The notes under the pieces are model-generated. The model worked only from the letters and a program-made list of their open reading frames with translations. It did no database searches and had not been told where the DNA came from. 64,000 nucleotides of DNA, taken from IMG/VR virus record IMGVR_UViG_3300037455_001397, positions 1 through 64,000 of that record. One strand, given 5' to 3'. Shown piece after piece: positions 18,542-27,363 of this stretch. Made by a program: the position numbers and the translations under genes. The stretch's first letter is position 1; each line of letters begins with the position of its first letter. The stretch is from a virus (taxonomy: Duplodnaviria > Caudoviricetes).

Positions 18542-19342
18542 TTAAAGGGTGTCGATGATGCGGATGTCTTCAAAGCCGGTCGGCCAGATGCCGGAGTTGT
18601 CGCATTCGCGGTAGCGGTTCAACGCGGCCTTGTTCGTCTTCTCGGCGAGGTCGAGAACCTCGTCGGTCAGCTTCCAGACGCCAGCGGAGAACGGCTCGTT
18701 CTTCTCGACGGCGATCATGTAGACTGGGTAGTTCGTGCCGGAAACGGCTCGGAGAACCATGCGGTAGAAAGCCATCTGGTGGATGTAGCCGTAGCGGCGG
18801 CAGTCGGACTCGAACCAACGAAGGGCGTCGCAGGTTTTGAGGTCGACGATGCCGTAGTCCGGATTGAACCAGTCCAGCCGAACCTGGCACGGGACGCCGT
18901 TGCAGGATGCCCGGACAACGCCTTCGGCCTCGCCGTTCGCAAGGAGCTTCACGGCTTCGGGGTGGACGCAGACAGCCGCCTGTAGCTTCATGATGAAAGC
19001 GAAGTCCTTCTCGGAAATGACCTCGCGGTCCTGCTCCTCCAGCCAGTCGGCGTAGGCCTTGGTGGTCTTGCCGAAGGGTTCGCCAGTGCGGGGGTTGACG
19101 GGGCCGTTGCAGACGATGTAGTCGCGGTCAAAGGCGTGGCGTCCTTCGAGGATCAGGCTGTGTGCGGCGCGTCCGAGGGTGAAAGCGGCGGATTCTTTCG
19201 GGTCGATCTGCCCGGAAATTTCCTTATAGTAGAGCGCGGGGCTCTCGCGGAAGTCGGCCAGCAAATGGCTCGACATGTATTCGCCGCTGCGGCTGCGGAA
19301 GTGGTAGCTTTCCGCGGGTTCGTGGGTGATGAAGTTTGTCAT
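18542..19342 (-). CDS. PD-(D/E)XK exonuclease (DUF3799/RecE-like)
   Basis: LGRAAHSLILEG, RLDW..IVDLKT, YGYIHQMAFY; GGAGG RBS before ATG 19342. Confidence 0.85.
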   Translation of the reverse strand: MTNFITHEPAESYHFRSRSGEYMSSHLLADFRESPALYYKEISGQIDPKESAAFTLGRAAHSLILEGRHAFDRDYIVCNGPVNPRTGEPFGKTTKAYADWLEEQDREVISEKDFAFIMKLQAAVCVHPEAVKLLANGEAEGVVRASCNGVPCQVRLDWFNPDYGIVDLKTCDALRWFESDCRRYGYIHQMAFYRMVLRAVSGTNYPVYMIAVEKNEPFSAGVWKLTDEVLDLAEKTNKAALNRYRECDNSGIWPTGFEDIRIIDTL

Positions 19343-19357
19343 GTTTTGTTCCTCCGA

Positions 19358-19418
19358 GTTTCTGGTCTCTATTGGTATATTCACCTGTTTTGGGACAACC
19401 ATTCGGTAGAATTTTAGG
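19358..19418 (-). promoter_or_regulatory. 61-bp leader element of left operon (inverted copy of 23544-23604)
   Basis: 57/61 identical with a 33-bp perfect core. Confidence 0.85.
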
Positions 19419-19482
19419 AATTAAATCACAATTCCGTGATTTTGAGTTTTTCCTATCCGATTCCTAATACTATCCTAAAGAA

Positions 19483-20040
19483 TCACATATAGAAGGAGTC
19501 AGACTTGTCCAGATAGCGGTCAAGCATGTTCTCCTTGAACTTCTGGCGGATGGGACAGATATAGGCTTCCAGGAGGTACGAGGGGGAAATCCTCATGTGT
19601 CTGGCAATCCGGGTAATGGACTCCCCGTTCATGAGGTGCTTGCAGATTCTTTTCTCCACGGGGGAAAGCATTTCAAAGACGATCTGCAGGTCCATCTTCA
19701 GGCAGAGAAGGCGAATGGAGTTGTGGGCGTCGACCAGGTCGTTGCCGGACAAATCATCCAGGCTGACCACGTCATTGTTTGTTATGGACATGTAGCGTTT
19801 GATGACATTGTATTTGCGGCGGTCGATGACATGGCGGAAGAACGTTCCGATGGAGACCTTGTCGGGATCATACTTCGGAATCGCCTTACTGATCGCGATC
19901 CAGAGATCCTGGGTGATTTCATCGTAATAGTTTCCGAGTGCGGGATAGGCTTTGACAGCCGTTTTCGCGACGGCTCTGACAGATTCCCGGATGTACTTGT
20001 TTTCGTAGACTTCCTCGAATGTGACGGGTGTGTTGCTCAT
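19483..20040 (-). CDS. sigma70/ECF-like sigma factor
   Basis: EITQDLWIAISKAIPKYDPDKVSIGTF (region 2); LSPVEKRICKHLMNGESITRIARHM (region 4). Confidence 0.78.
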   Translation of the reverse strand: MSNTPVTFEEVYENKYIRESVRAVAKTAVKAYPALGNYYDEITQDLWIAISKAIPKYDPDKVSIGTFFRHVIDRRKYNVIKRYMSITNNDVVSLDDLSGNDLVDAHNSIRLLCLKMDLQIVFEMLSPVEKRICKHLMNGESITRIARHMRISPSYLLEAYICPIRQKFKENMLDRYLDKSDSFYM

Positions 20041-20389
20041 GGTGTTTTCTCCAACATGTTTTTGTTTTTGCTCCCGCACCGTGCGGAAGCTCCGAACTTG
20101 TTGGGGGATTGCACCAAAAACCGGCAGAAACTCGAAAAAAAATGGAAACTGAGCTTAGAATTGATGAAGAATTGCAGAAGTCGATTGCACGAGAAAACGG
20201 CAAATTGCAATTCGACCATCAAAAACGAGGGAGAAGAAACGGTTAAAAACATCCCCGGAAGAATTGCAAAAAGGGGGTAGAGGCACCGGCAAATTGCAAT
20301 TGCTTGATACGGTTGTCAGGGCAAAAAAAAGGCGCGGCCCAGAGTCTCAGACTCCAGACCGCGGCCTAAGAAAGAGAATGCTAACTCTT

Positions 20390-21331
20390 TCAGTATCCGT
20401 TCTTTTCCATTTGTTTGCCCCTGTTGTACGCCTCGTCCCGATTCTGGGCAACCTCAAGCAACAACTTCAAATCGCCATCCCCCTTAATTGCTCGGCAGAC
20501 CATGGAAGGATCGACTTCGAATTGCTCGGCGAGTTCTTTTTGGGTGATTACATGGAAAGTGTAGTCAGTACCGATTCTTTCGTGATGTTCAATTTCTGAA
20601 TAGATTCCGTGAATCCAGTTCAGGAGACGTTTTTTGAGTTTGACCTGAAGAGCGCCGATTTTTGCGTTTCTCCCCGGCCCTCTTTTCTTCGTTTCCTTTG
20701 TCGGATTCAGAAGATCAAAAGCATCTTTGACGGGGGCTGTGTTCACGTTGAATCCAGTTTCCTCCAGTGTCACGAGAGAATTGATGGAGAACACTTTATC
20801 CGCATTGAACGTCCCGCACATTCCTTTCTCCGGAAGCGAGCCAAAAACAAAGAGAAGCGAAGTTTTGTTTTCCGGGAGTTTTTTCACGATATCTCTGTTT
20901 TTCTGCGTATTAATGCCCCGCGCGACATAGATGACGCGCGACTGACCGGCAAGGGCACAACGTCCAAGTTTCCAGAGTATATTGGGGATAAGAGGCTCCG
21001 TTTCTTCTGTACACTGAAAACCAGCATACAGACTTTTGACTATGGGCGTAAAACACGGATTCCACCAAATCAGTTCTTCTTCAAGAGGCTCATACCGGCC
21101 GCAGCAGGGGCAAATGGCGAATATCTTTTTGTTCACATGTATGATTGTGGCGTACTGATCGCACGTCAGGCATTCGATGCTGAATGGAATCGGAGCTCGT
21201 TTCAACAATCCGATTCGTTCATAAAGGTCAGGATCAATGCCATCTGTTTCCAGCATTTGCCTGTTCAGGTCATAGTTTTCCACGTCACCGCCGAAATGCA
21301 GGAATTTATCAAATGAGCTCGGGCTGTTCAT
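20390..21331 (-). CDS. Hypothetical protein with Zn ribbon and C-terminal HTH
   Basis: CLTC..CPCC; ITQKELAEQFEVDPSMVCRAI. Confidence 0.7.
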   Translation of the reverse strand: MNSPSSFDKFLHFGGDVENYDLNRQMLETDGIDPDLYERIGLLKRAPIPFSIECLTCDQYATIIHVNKKIFAICPCCGRYEPLEEELIWWNPCFTPIVKSLYAGFQCTEETEPLIPNILWKLGRCALAGQSRVIYVARGINTQKNRDIVKKLPENKTSLLFVFGSLPEKGMCGTFNADKVFSINSLVTLEETGFNVNTAPVKDAFDLLNPTKETKKRGPGRNAKIGALQVKLKKRLLNWIHGIYSEIEHHERIGTDYTFHVITQKELAEQFEVDPSMVCRAIKGDGDLKLLLEVAQNRDEAYNRGKQMEKNGY

Positions 21332-22493
21332 CAATTCCACTCCTTCTAAGATATTCTTCTCCGATCTGGCGGAGCTCTTCGCTGTTGCTCCGAAGAGCAC
21401 AGGAATTGCGCGTCAGTTCAATGATCATTTCTCTGCGGATGCCGTCCACATTCATTTCAAGCGCAATCTTGATTAACCGCGGACGCGTTTTGTTTTGCCC
21501 GTAGAGGGCACAGCCTTCTAGCGTGTTGTACATGTCATCATTGCCGCGAGTGTTTCTGTCGATAGACTGCGTCGAGACGAATCTCTTTCCGTTGTCGTTC
21601 AACGTGAGTTCAACGGAATAAATTGTGACTTTTTCGACGCCCAGCTCCGGCATAGGCTTCAGCATGTTTTCGCGATGGATCAAGTGATCAATCCGAAAAG
21701 CGTCCTTGATTGTCCGAGACGAAGTGACTTCATGATTCAGGATTGCTTTGGAAAAAGATTCGTTCAGCATTTGGGAGATTTCTTTTCCGCCACGAGCAAA
21801 TACATTGAGAGTGCCATAGGTCTCATTATACTCAAGAACCATGTTGAACGGACGCGATTCAACGCGCGTGGTCAGGGTGTCGCTACCACCCGTCCATACA
21901 CCGTATTTGTTGGAGTAGTCGCTCAAATTGAGATAAAAATAGTGATCGCTCTCAGTCCTTGCGGCATAGTCGACCAAGTAGTGTTTACCTCGAATCTGTT
22001 TCGACATGTAATAATCGGAAACAAGCTGTCCCAGATTCAGGAGAGCCGCGTTGTCCTTCAACGGGGTTCTGCGCGGAAGGCCGTTGAACCTCGTCCAGTA
22101 CCGTGGAGGCAAAGAGTCAACAGGCGCAAACTCGGCGTGACGTTTCCAAACATCAGGGCAATTCATCTGGACAAAGAAACCCTGGTCATATTTGTTTTTC
22201 AGCAGGAAAAACTCACTGCGGATGTCCCGCTCGTCCAGCCCGTGATATTCTTTGAGTTCATCGATTATGCTGGTCATCGTAGCCGTGCTGTGTGCTATGT
22301 CGTACACACCCTTCAAGATGGGATCGATTCTGTGCCGAACAGAATCCGGCAAGGCTCCGAACATCTCCTGAATCTCATAGAGAGTGGTTCTGTTGAGGTC
22401 GATGCCATTCATGCATCCTTCACGTTCGAAAAATGCCGACAGGATGGGTTTTGAGGTCAGACGAATAACCGTCGCAGCATTATACACGCACAT
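21309..22493 (-). CDS. Hypothetical protein of control region
   Basis: 394 aa ORF with RBS, overlaps next gene. Confidence 0.75.
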   Translation of the reverse strand: MCVYNAATVIRLTSKPILSAFFEREGCMNGIDLNRTTLYEIQEMFGALPDSVRHRIDPILKGVYDIAHSTATMTSIIDELKEYHGLDERDIRSEFFLLKNKYDQGFFVQMNCPDVWKRHAEFAPVDSLPPRYWTRFNGLPRRTPLKDNAALLNLGQLVSDYYMSKQIRGKHYLVDYAARTESDHYFYLNLSDYSNKYGVWTGGSDTLTTRVESRPFNMVLEYNETYGTLNVFARGGKEISQMLNESFSKAILNHEVTSSRTIKDAFRIDHLIHRENMLKPMPELGVEKVTIYSVELTLNDNGKRFVSTQSIDRNTRGNDDMYNTLEGCALYGQNKTRPRLIKIALEMNVDGIRREMIIELTRNSCALRSNSEELRQIGEEYLRRSGIDEQPELI

Positions 22494-22614
22494 AATGCTT
22501 CGTTCCTTTCCTCAGCACTTGCTGAGGTTATACCTTTATCTCTTCATTGGCTCGCGGCCGGGAGGTGTTCCAACCGGCGAGGAGCGCAGTAGATCATCTT
22601 GCTGCACTGGATAT

Positions 22615-22716
22615 AATATATCACAAGGGAATCCCAAAATCAAGCCTAATTAGGACAAAAAATCGCAGAAAATATCTTAAAACCTATTTGACTTTCATCC
22701 TAAAACGATATATAGT
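22615..22716. promoter_or_regulatory. Divergent sigma70 promoter pair (lysis/lysogeny switch-like)
   Basis: Minus strand TTGATT-17-TATATT (22643-22615); plus strand TTGACT-17-TATAGT (22688-22716); CCTAATTAGG palindrome between them. Confidence 0.7.
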
Positions 22717-22752
22717 ATATTATTAATTCATTATCAACGAAAGGAGACTCCC

Positions 22753-23466
22753 ATGGAACAGCATCCGGAACTTCTGAAAGCGCTTTTCGACTGGCAGAAC
22801 GAGAAGGGCTACACAGATGCAAAGCTGTGTCGGCTTCTCGCCATAAACAAGAACACCATCATCAACTGGAGAAAATACGGCCTGACTTCCTCTCGGTCGA
22901 TTGAGAAAGTCCAGAACTTCCTCAGATACGGTAGTGTCGACCCGGCAAGTGAAATTGAACCGCAGAACTCCAGGATTCCGACATATCCCATTATTAGCGA
23001 CGCGACGGCTGCAACGGTCAACAGGGCTTATATGTCGGCCATTGATTTCGCTACGGAGTATGCGGAGGATTACGTTTCATTCAGCAAAGGCTGTCCCGGA
23101 GACTTCGTGATCAAGGTGTCGGGAGATTCGATGGCTCCCTGGTATCCGGAAGGAACTCTCCTGCTTGTCCGACCGAACGTGAAGCTTGTGAACGGAGATC
23201 GCGTTGTCGCCGTCCTTGCCGATGGTACGACGCTCTTCAAGATTTTCGGAGAGGATGAAAGCTCGATCTTCCTGTTTTCCGAGAATCGGCAGGACGGGCA
23301 GGACTATATGTTCTCCAAAACGGACTTCAATGGTGTCCGGGCGCTGTATTTGGTCGTACAGTCCATGCGTGACGAACGGGCTCTGGATTCGGCCAAGGAG
23401 CGTCAGGGAATCCGATCCGAGATTTCAAGCAGGATCATGGAGATGAAGAAGAAGAAAAACAAATAA
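22753..23466 (+). CDS. CI-like repressor (HTH + S24 peptidase)
   Basis: AKLCRLLAINKNTIINW; FVIKVSGDSMAP; TLFK. Confidence 0.85.
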   Translation: MEQHPELLKALFDWQNEKGYTDAKLCRLLAINKNTIINWRKYGLTSSRSIEKVQNFLRYGSVDPASEIEPQNSRIPTYPIISDATAATVNRAYMSAIDFATEYAEDYVSFSKGCPGDFVIKVSGDSMAPWYPEGTLLLVRPNVKLVNGDRVVAVLADGTTLFKIFGEDESSIFLFSENRQDGQDYMFSKTDFNGVRALYLVVQSMRDERALDSAKERQGIRSEISSRIMEMKKKKNK

Positions 23467-23490
23467 CCTTATCTCATATATTTAACACAC

Positions 23491-23525
23491 GCGCGACTCG
23501 TTTCCGGCGGGTCGCGCTTTTTTTT
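23491..23525 (+). terminator. Rho-independent terminator
   Basis: GCGCGACTCG..CGGGTCGCGC + T8. Confidence 0.8.
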
Positions 23526-23543
23526 GCGCAAAATACTTTAAAA

Positions 23544-23604
23544 CCTAAAATTCAACCGAATGGTAGCCCCGAAACAGGTGAATATACCAATAGAGACCAG
23601 AAAC
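23544..23604 (+). promoter_or_regulatory. 61-bp leader element of right operon
   Basis: CCTAAAATTCAACCGAATGG..AAACAGGTGAATATACCAATAGAGACCAGAAAC. Confidence 0.85.
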
Positions 23605-23619
23605 ACGAAGGAGACTTAA

Positions 23620-25635
23620 ATGAACTACGGAAGCATTTGCAGCGGCGTCGAAGCCGCGACGCTCGCATGGGAGCCGCTTGGATGGAAGGCAGTGTTCTTT
23701 GCCGAAGTCGAGCCGTTCCCTGCTGCTGTTCTACAGCAGCGGTTCGGGGCTACACGGCCTCTGCGTTTGCTCCCGCCTGCCGAGGCCGAGACCGAGAAAG
23801 ATCGGAAGCAGAGAGAAAGCTGGGAGAAACAGATTGCCGAGCTTCCCGAAGGCGGCACGATCCCGAATCTGGGGGACTTCACACGAATCACAACGGAGGA
23901 CTACGATGAACCAATTGACCTGCTCGTCGGCGGAACGCCCTGCCAGAGCTATTCCATTGCCGGGCTTCGAAGAGGTCTTGCCGATCCCCGCGGAAACCTC
24001 GCGCTTGAGTTTGTCCGCCTGGCTTATCGCTCAGGGGTACGATGGACAGTCTGGGAAAATGTGCCCGGCGTACTTTCAAGCGGGTCCGGAAAAGATTTTG
24101 CCAGCTTCCTATCGCTGCTGTGCGGCTGGGAAGTCAGTGTCCCTGACGGCGGGTGGCGCAAATGCGGAATCGTCACGCCTGCACCTGGATGCTTTGGACT
24201 GGCATGGAGAGTGCTTGATTCTCAATATACCCGAGTTCCCGAATTTCCAAGGGCGATCCCGCAGCGAAGGAGACGTATCTTCGTTATCGGATATATTGGT
24301 TCGTGGCTCTATCCCGCAACGGTACTATTTGACTCCGAGATGTGCGGAGGGGATACTCCGCCGCGCAGAACGAAGAGGCAAACCGCTTCCGCCTGTGCTG
24401 AAGGCGGCGTTGATTCGACAAAGTCAATCCGCATGCGTGGAGGAAAACCCGGAGGCGGAAAAGGAGCTTTAGTCGGCGACGACCTGAGCCACACGCTGTC
24501 GACCGGCAATGATCAGACCATCGTAACTCTGACCGAAGATGCTCAGTGGTGGGATGGCAGCGATCAGGCCGGAACGCTGACGGGAACAAGCAACAATCAG
24601 CTGATGCCGGACAAAGGTCGCCTACAGTGTGTGATCGAGCCTGCCGTTGAATGCATGGACATGAGGAGGGTTGAGGTTCAGGAAACTGAGCTCGCCCCAA
24701 CCTTGATCGCTACGGATTACAAGAGCGGCAAGGCTGTCGGGATTGGACGCGATGCGTTCAATCAGGGGCAGAATGCCAAATACGGTATGAGCCTTTCGGA
24801 AGATGTTCAGCCCACGCTGACAGCCAAGGGCCCCGGAGCCGTCTGCTTCGAGAATAATCCGACCGATGCCAGACTGAAGGAAGTTCCTGTCTCACCGACC
24901 GTGATGAGTCGTTGGGGAACAGGCGGCAACCAGACTCCGCTCGTGATAGATGATGTTCAGGAGAAGGAAGTCGCCCCCACTCTGATGGCTTCGATGTATG
25001 GCAAACACACACACGAAGACTGCGACAAATACTTAGTCGAAGGCAAACCAGTCGGCTTTATCAAAAATGATGCCGGAGGTGAACAGCAGGGGTTCTGGGG
25101 TGACACTTTTCCGACGCTCAGGAGCGGCGCTCTTCCCGCGGTTGCGTACAATGTTACGTTCTGCGACGCCAACGGAACACGAAAAGACCGTCCGAACGGC
25201 GGGCTGTATGTGACCGAGGCTGATGCGGGAAAGACCGTAACAGCAAACGGGCCGAGCACGGAAATGGTTGTCGTTGATTCGCCTGAATGTGTTCCTCTTG
25301 ATCTAAGGAACGCGACACGCGATCCTAATAAGAAAGATGAACAGAACCGGCAGGGCGTCGGTGTAGGCGAAGATGGTGCTCCGATGAACACCATCACCTC
25401 CGCATCCATTCCCGGAGTCGGCTGGCAGGCGACCGTGCGCAAGCTCCTTCCGGTCGAATGTGAGCGTCTGATGGGCTTTCCAGACAATCACACACGGATT
25501 TCGTGGAAGGGAAAGCCAGCGGAGGAATGCCCGGATGCTCCGAGGTACAAAGCCTGCGGGAACTCGATGTGCGTGAACGTGATGGCGTGGATCGGACGCC
25601 GGATTCAGGCGGTCGAGGAAAGAATCGTCAGCTGA
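23620..25635 (+). CDS. C5 cytosine DNA methyltransferase with expanded variable region
   Basis: ICSGVEA, GGTPCQS, WENVPG, QRRRRIF, LLPVECERLMGFPD, GNSM. Confidence 0.92.
   Translation: MNYGSICSGVEAATLAWEPLGWKAVFFAEVEPFPAAVLQQRFGATRPLRLLPPAEAETEKDRKQRESWEKQIAELPEGGTIPNLGDFTRITTEDYDEPIDLLVGGTPCQSYSIAGLRRGLADPRGNLALEFVRLAYRSGVRWTVWENVPGVLSSGSGKDFASFLSLLCGWEVSVPDGGWRKCGIVTPAPGCFGLAWRVLDSQYTRVPEFPRAIPQRRRRIFVIGYIGSWLYPATVLFDSEMCGGDTPPRRTKRQTASACAEGGVDSTKSIRMRGGKPGGGKGALVGDDLSHTLSTGNDQTIVTLTEDAQWWDGSDQAGTLTGTSNNQLMPDKGRLQCVIEPAVECMDMRRVEVQETELAPTLIATDYKSGKAVGIGRDAFNQGQNAKYGMSLSEDVQPTLTAKGPGAVCFENNPTDARLKEVPVSPTVMSRWGTGGNQTPLVIDDVQEKEVAPTLMASMYGKHTHEDCDKYLVEGKPVGFIKNDAGGEQQGFWGDTFPTLRSGALPAVAYNVTFCDANGTRKDRPNGGLYVTEADAGKTVTANGPSTEMVVVDSPECVPLDLRNATRDPNKKDEQNRQGVGVGEDGAPMNTITSASIPGVGWQATVRKLLPVECERLMGFPDNHTRISWKGKPAEECPDAPRYKACGNSMCVNVMAWIGRRIQAVEERIVS
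23906..24472 (+). CDS. Nested +1 frame gene, M.EcoHK31I beta-polypeptide-like
   Basis: GGAGGA RBS 5 nt before ATG 23906; SLSDIL..PQRYYLTPRCAEGILRRAERRGKPLP. Confidence 0.65.
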   Translation: MNQLTCSSAERPARAIPLPGFEEVLPIPAETSRLSLSAWLIAQGYDGQSGKMCPAYFQAGPEKILPASYRCCAAGKSVSLTAGGANAESSRLHLDALDWHGECLILNIPEFPNFQGRSRSEGDVSSLSDILVRGSIPQRYYLTPRCAEGILRRAERRGKPLPPVLKAALIRQSQSACVEENPEAEKEL

Positions 25636-25657
25636 CCGCAGGAAACAATGCCTCAAG

Positions 25658-25684
25658 CGGAAATACCCTCGTCCGAGGGTATTT
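25658..25684. repeat. 27-bp palindromic element, copy 2
   Basis: Identical to 17237-17263; intergenic before head genes. Confidence 0.85.
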
Positions 25685-25711
25685 CTCCAGATGAACAGTA
25701 AGGAGAATATC

Positions 25712-25915
25712 ATGACCGAACACGGAAAAATTACAGAAACCATCGTCAAAAACGCATCCGGTCCGAAGTCCGCGGAAGTAGATGGACAGCGAGTTGAACA
25801 GCATACTCTGACCGAGCAGATTGCCGCCGACAAATACCTTGCATCCAAAGATGCAGTGAAGCGCCGCGGGAGCGGGCTGAAGTTTTCCAAGATGACACAT
25901 TCGGGGGCTGTGTAA
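25712..25915 (+). CDS. Small head protein upstream of portal (gpW-like position)
   Basis: GPKSAEVDGQRVEQHTLTEQIAADKYL; AGGAG RBS. Confidence 0.7.
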   Translation: MTEHGKITETIVKNASGPKSAEVDGQRVEQHTLTEQIAADKYLASKDAVKRRGSGLKFSKMTHSGAV

Positions 25916-27363
25916 TGCTTGAGGTGCTGAAGAACTTTTTCCGCACCTCGAAGCCACAACAGGAACAACACTTTCATCGCCCGATCCGGGCGAGGTTCGA
26001 TGCCGCGCAGACCACGCGGGACAACGCGAAGCACTGGGCGTATGCCGACCAGCTCTCCGCGGACATGGATGCCTCGCCGGAGGTCCGACGTACCCTGCGT
26101 ATGCGTTCGCGTTACGAGGTGGCGAACAACAGTTATGCGCGTGGCCTCGTCCAGATGCTCGCGAACGACACCATCGGCACTGGTCCAAGGCTGCAGATGC
26201 TCTCCGCGGACGAAACATTCAACGATGAGGTTGAGCGGGCGTTCATGAGGTGGGCGGAAGCGGTCAGGTTGGCCCCGAAGCTCCGCACCATGCGGATGGC
26301 TCGATGCCAGGACGGCGAGGCGTTCGCCGTGCTCGCGACGAACCCGAAAGTCCGCAGTCCCGTCAAGCTGGACTTGATGCTGATTGAGGCCGACCGGGTA
26401 TCAGGCGGCATCAAGCTTCTGGATGACGGGCAGTCTGTCGACGGCATCACGTTCGATGAGTGGGGTAACCCGACCTCGTACCGGGTATTGAAATACCATC
26501 CGGGCGATGACAGATTCGCCACAGGCGATGAGGCCGTCGATGTTCCCGCCGAATGGATGATCCACATCTTCCGTCAGGACAGACCGGGACTGCATCGTGG
26601 TGTGCCGGAGCTGACCTCGGCGCTGCCTTTGTTCGCCCAGCTTCGACGATACAATCTTGCCGTCCTGAGCGCAGCCGAAGCCGCTGCCGACTTCGCCGCC
26701 ATCCTCTATACGGATGCCCCGCCGAACGGAGAGGCAGATGAAGTCGAACCGATGGACACCATCCCGCTCGAACGGAACATGATGCTCACCGTCCCCTCGG
26801 GCTGGAAGATGGATCAGCTCGACCCGAAGCAGCCTGCGGCCAACCATGCGGAATTTGTGAAAATCATCCTGAGCGAGATCGCCAGATGCGCCGTTACCAC
26901 CTACGGAACACTCGCCGGCGACTACAGCGGACACAACTACGCCTCAGGCCGCCTCGACAACCAGATCTACCACAAGTCCATTCTGGTCGACAGGTCGTTC
27001 TGGGAAACCGAGGTGCTGAACAGAATTTTCGAGGCGTGGTTCCGGGAGTATCTCCTTACCGAGAATCTTGTTCCGACCGAGGAAAACCACACATGGTTCT
27101 GGGATGGCTTCCCGCACGTCGACCCCAACAAGGAGGCGACCGCACAGGAACGCCGCCTTGCGAACCTCACCACGACGCTCGCCGCCGAGTGTGCGAAGGA
27201 CGGCAGGGACTATCTCGGCGTCCTGCAGCAGAGGGCGAAGGAGATCAAGCTGATGAAATCTCTGGGGATTCCGATCCCAGGTGAGAACGCGAAAGAACAA
27301 AACAACACCTCAGAACCGGGAGAGTCCGGCGAGGAAGAAACTCAAACAAACGAGGTTACATGA
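25915..27363 (+). CDS. Portal protein, lambda family
   Basis: LRMRSRYEVANNSYARG, DGEAF, RPGLHRGVP, GDYSGHNYASGRL, HVDPNKE. Confidence 0.92.
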   Translation: MLEVLKNFFRTSKPQQEQHFHRPIRARFDAAQTTRDNAKHWAYADQLSADMDASPEVRRTLRMRSRYEVANNSYARGLVQMLANDTIGTGPRLQMLSADETFNDEVERAFMRWAEAVRLAPKLRTMRMARCQDGEAFAVLATNPKVRSPVKLDLMLIEADRVSGGIKLLDDGQSVDGITFDEWGNPTSYRVLKYHPGDDRFATGDEAVDVPAEWMIHIFRQDRPGLHRGVPELTSALPLFAQLRRYNLAVLSAAEAAADFAAILYTDAPPNGEADEVEPMDTIPLERNMMLTVPSGWKMDQLDPKQPAANHAEFVKIILSEIARCAVTTYGTLAGDYSGHNYASGRLDNQIYHKSILVDRSFWETEVLNRIFEAWFREYLLTENLVPTEENHTWFWDGFPHVDPNKEATAQERRLANLTTTLAAECAKDGRDYLGVLQQRAKEIKLMKSLGIPIPGENAKEQNNTSEPGESGEEETQTNEVT

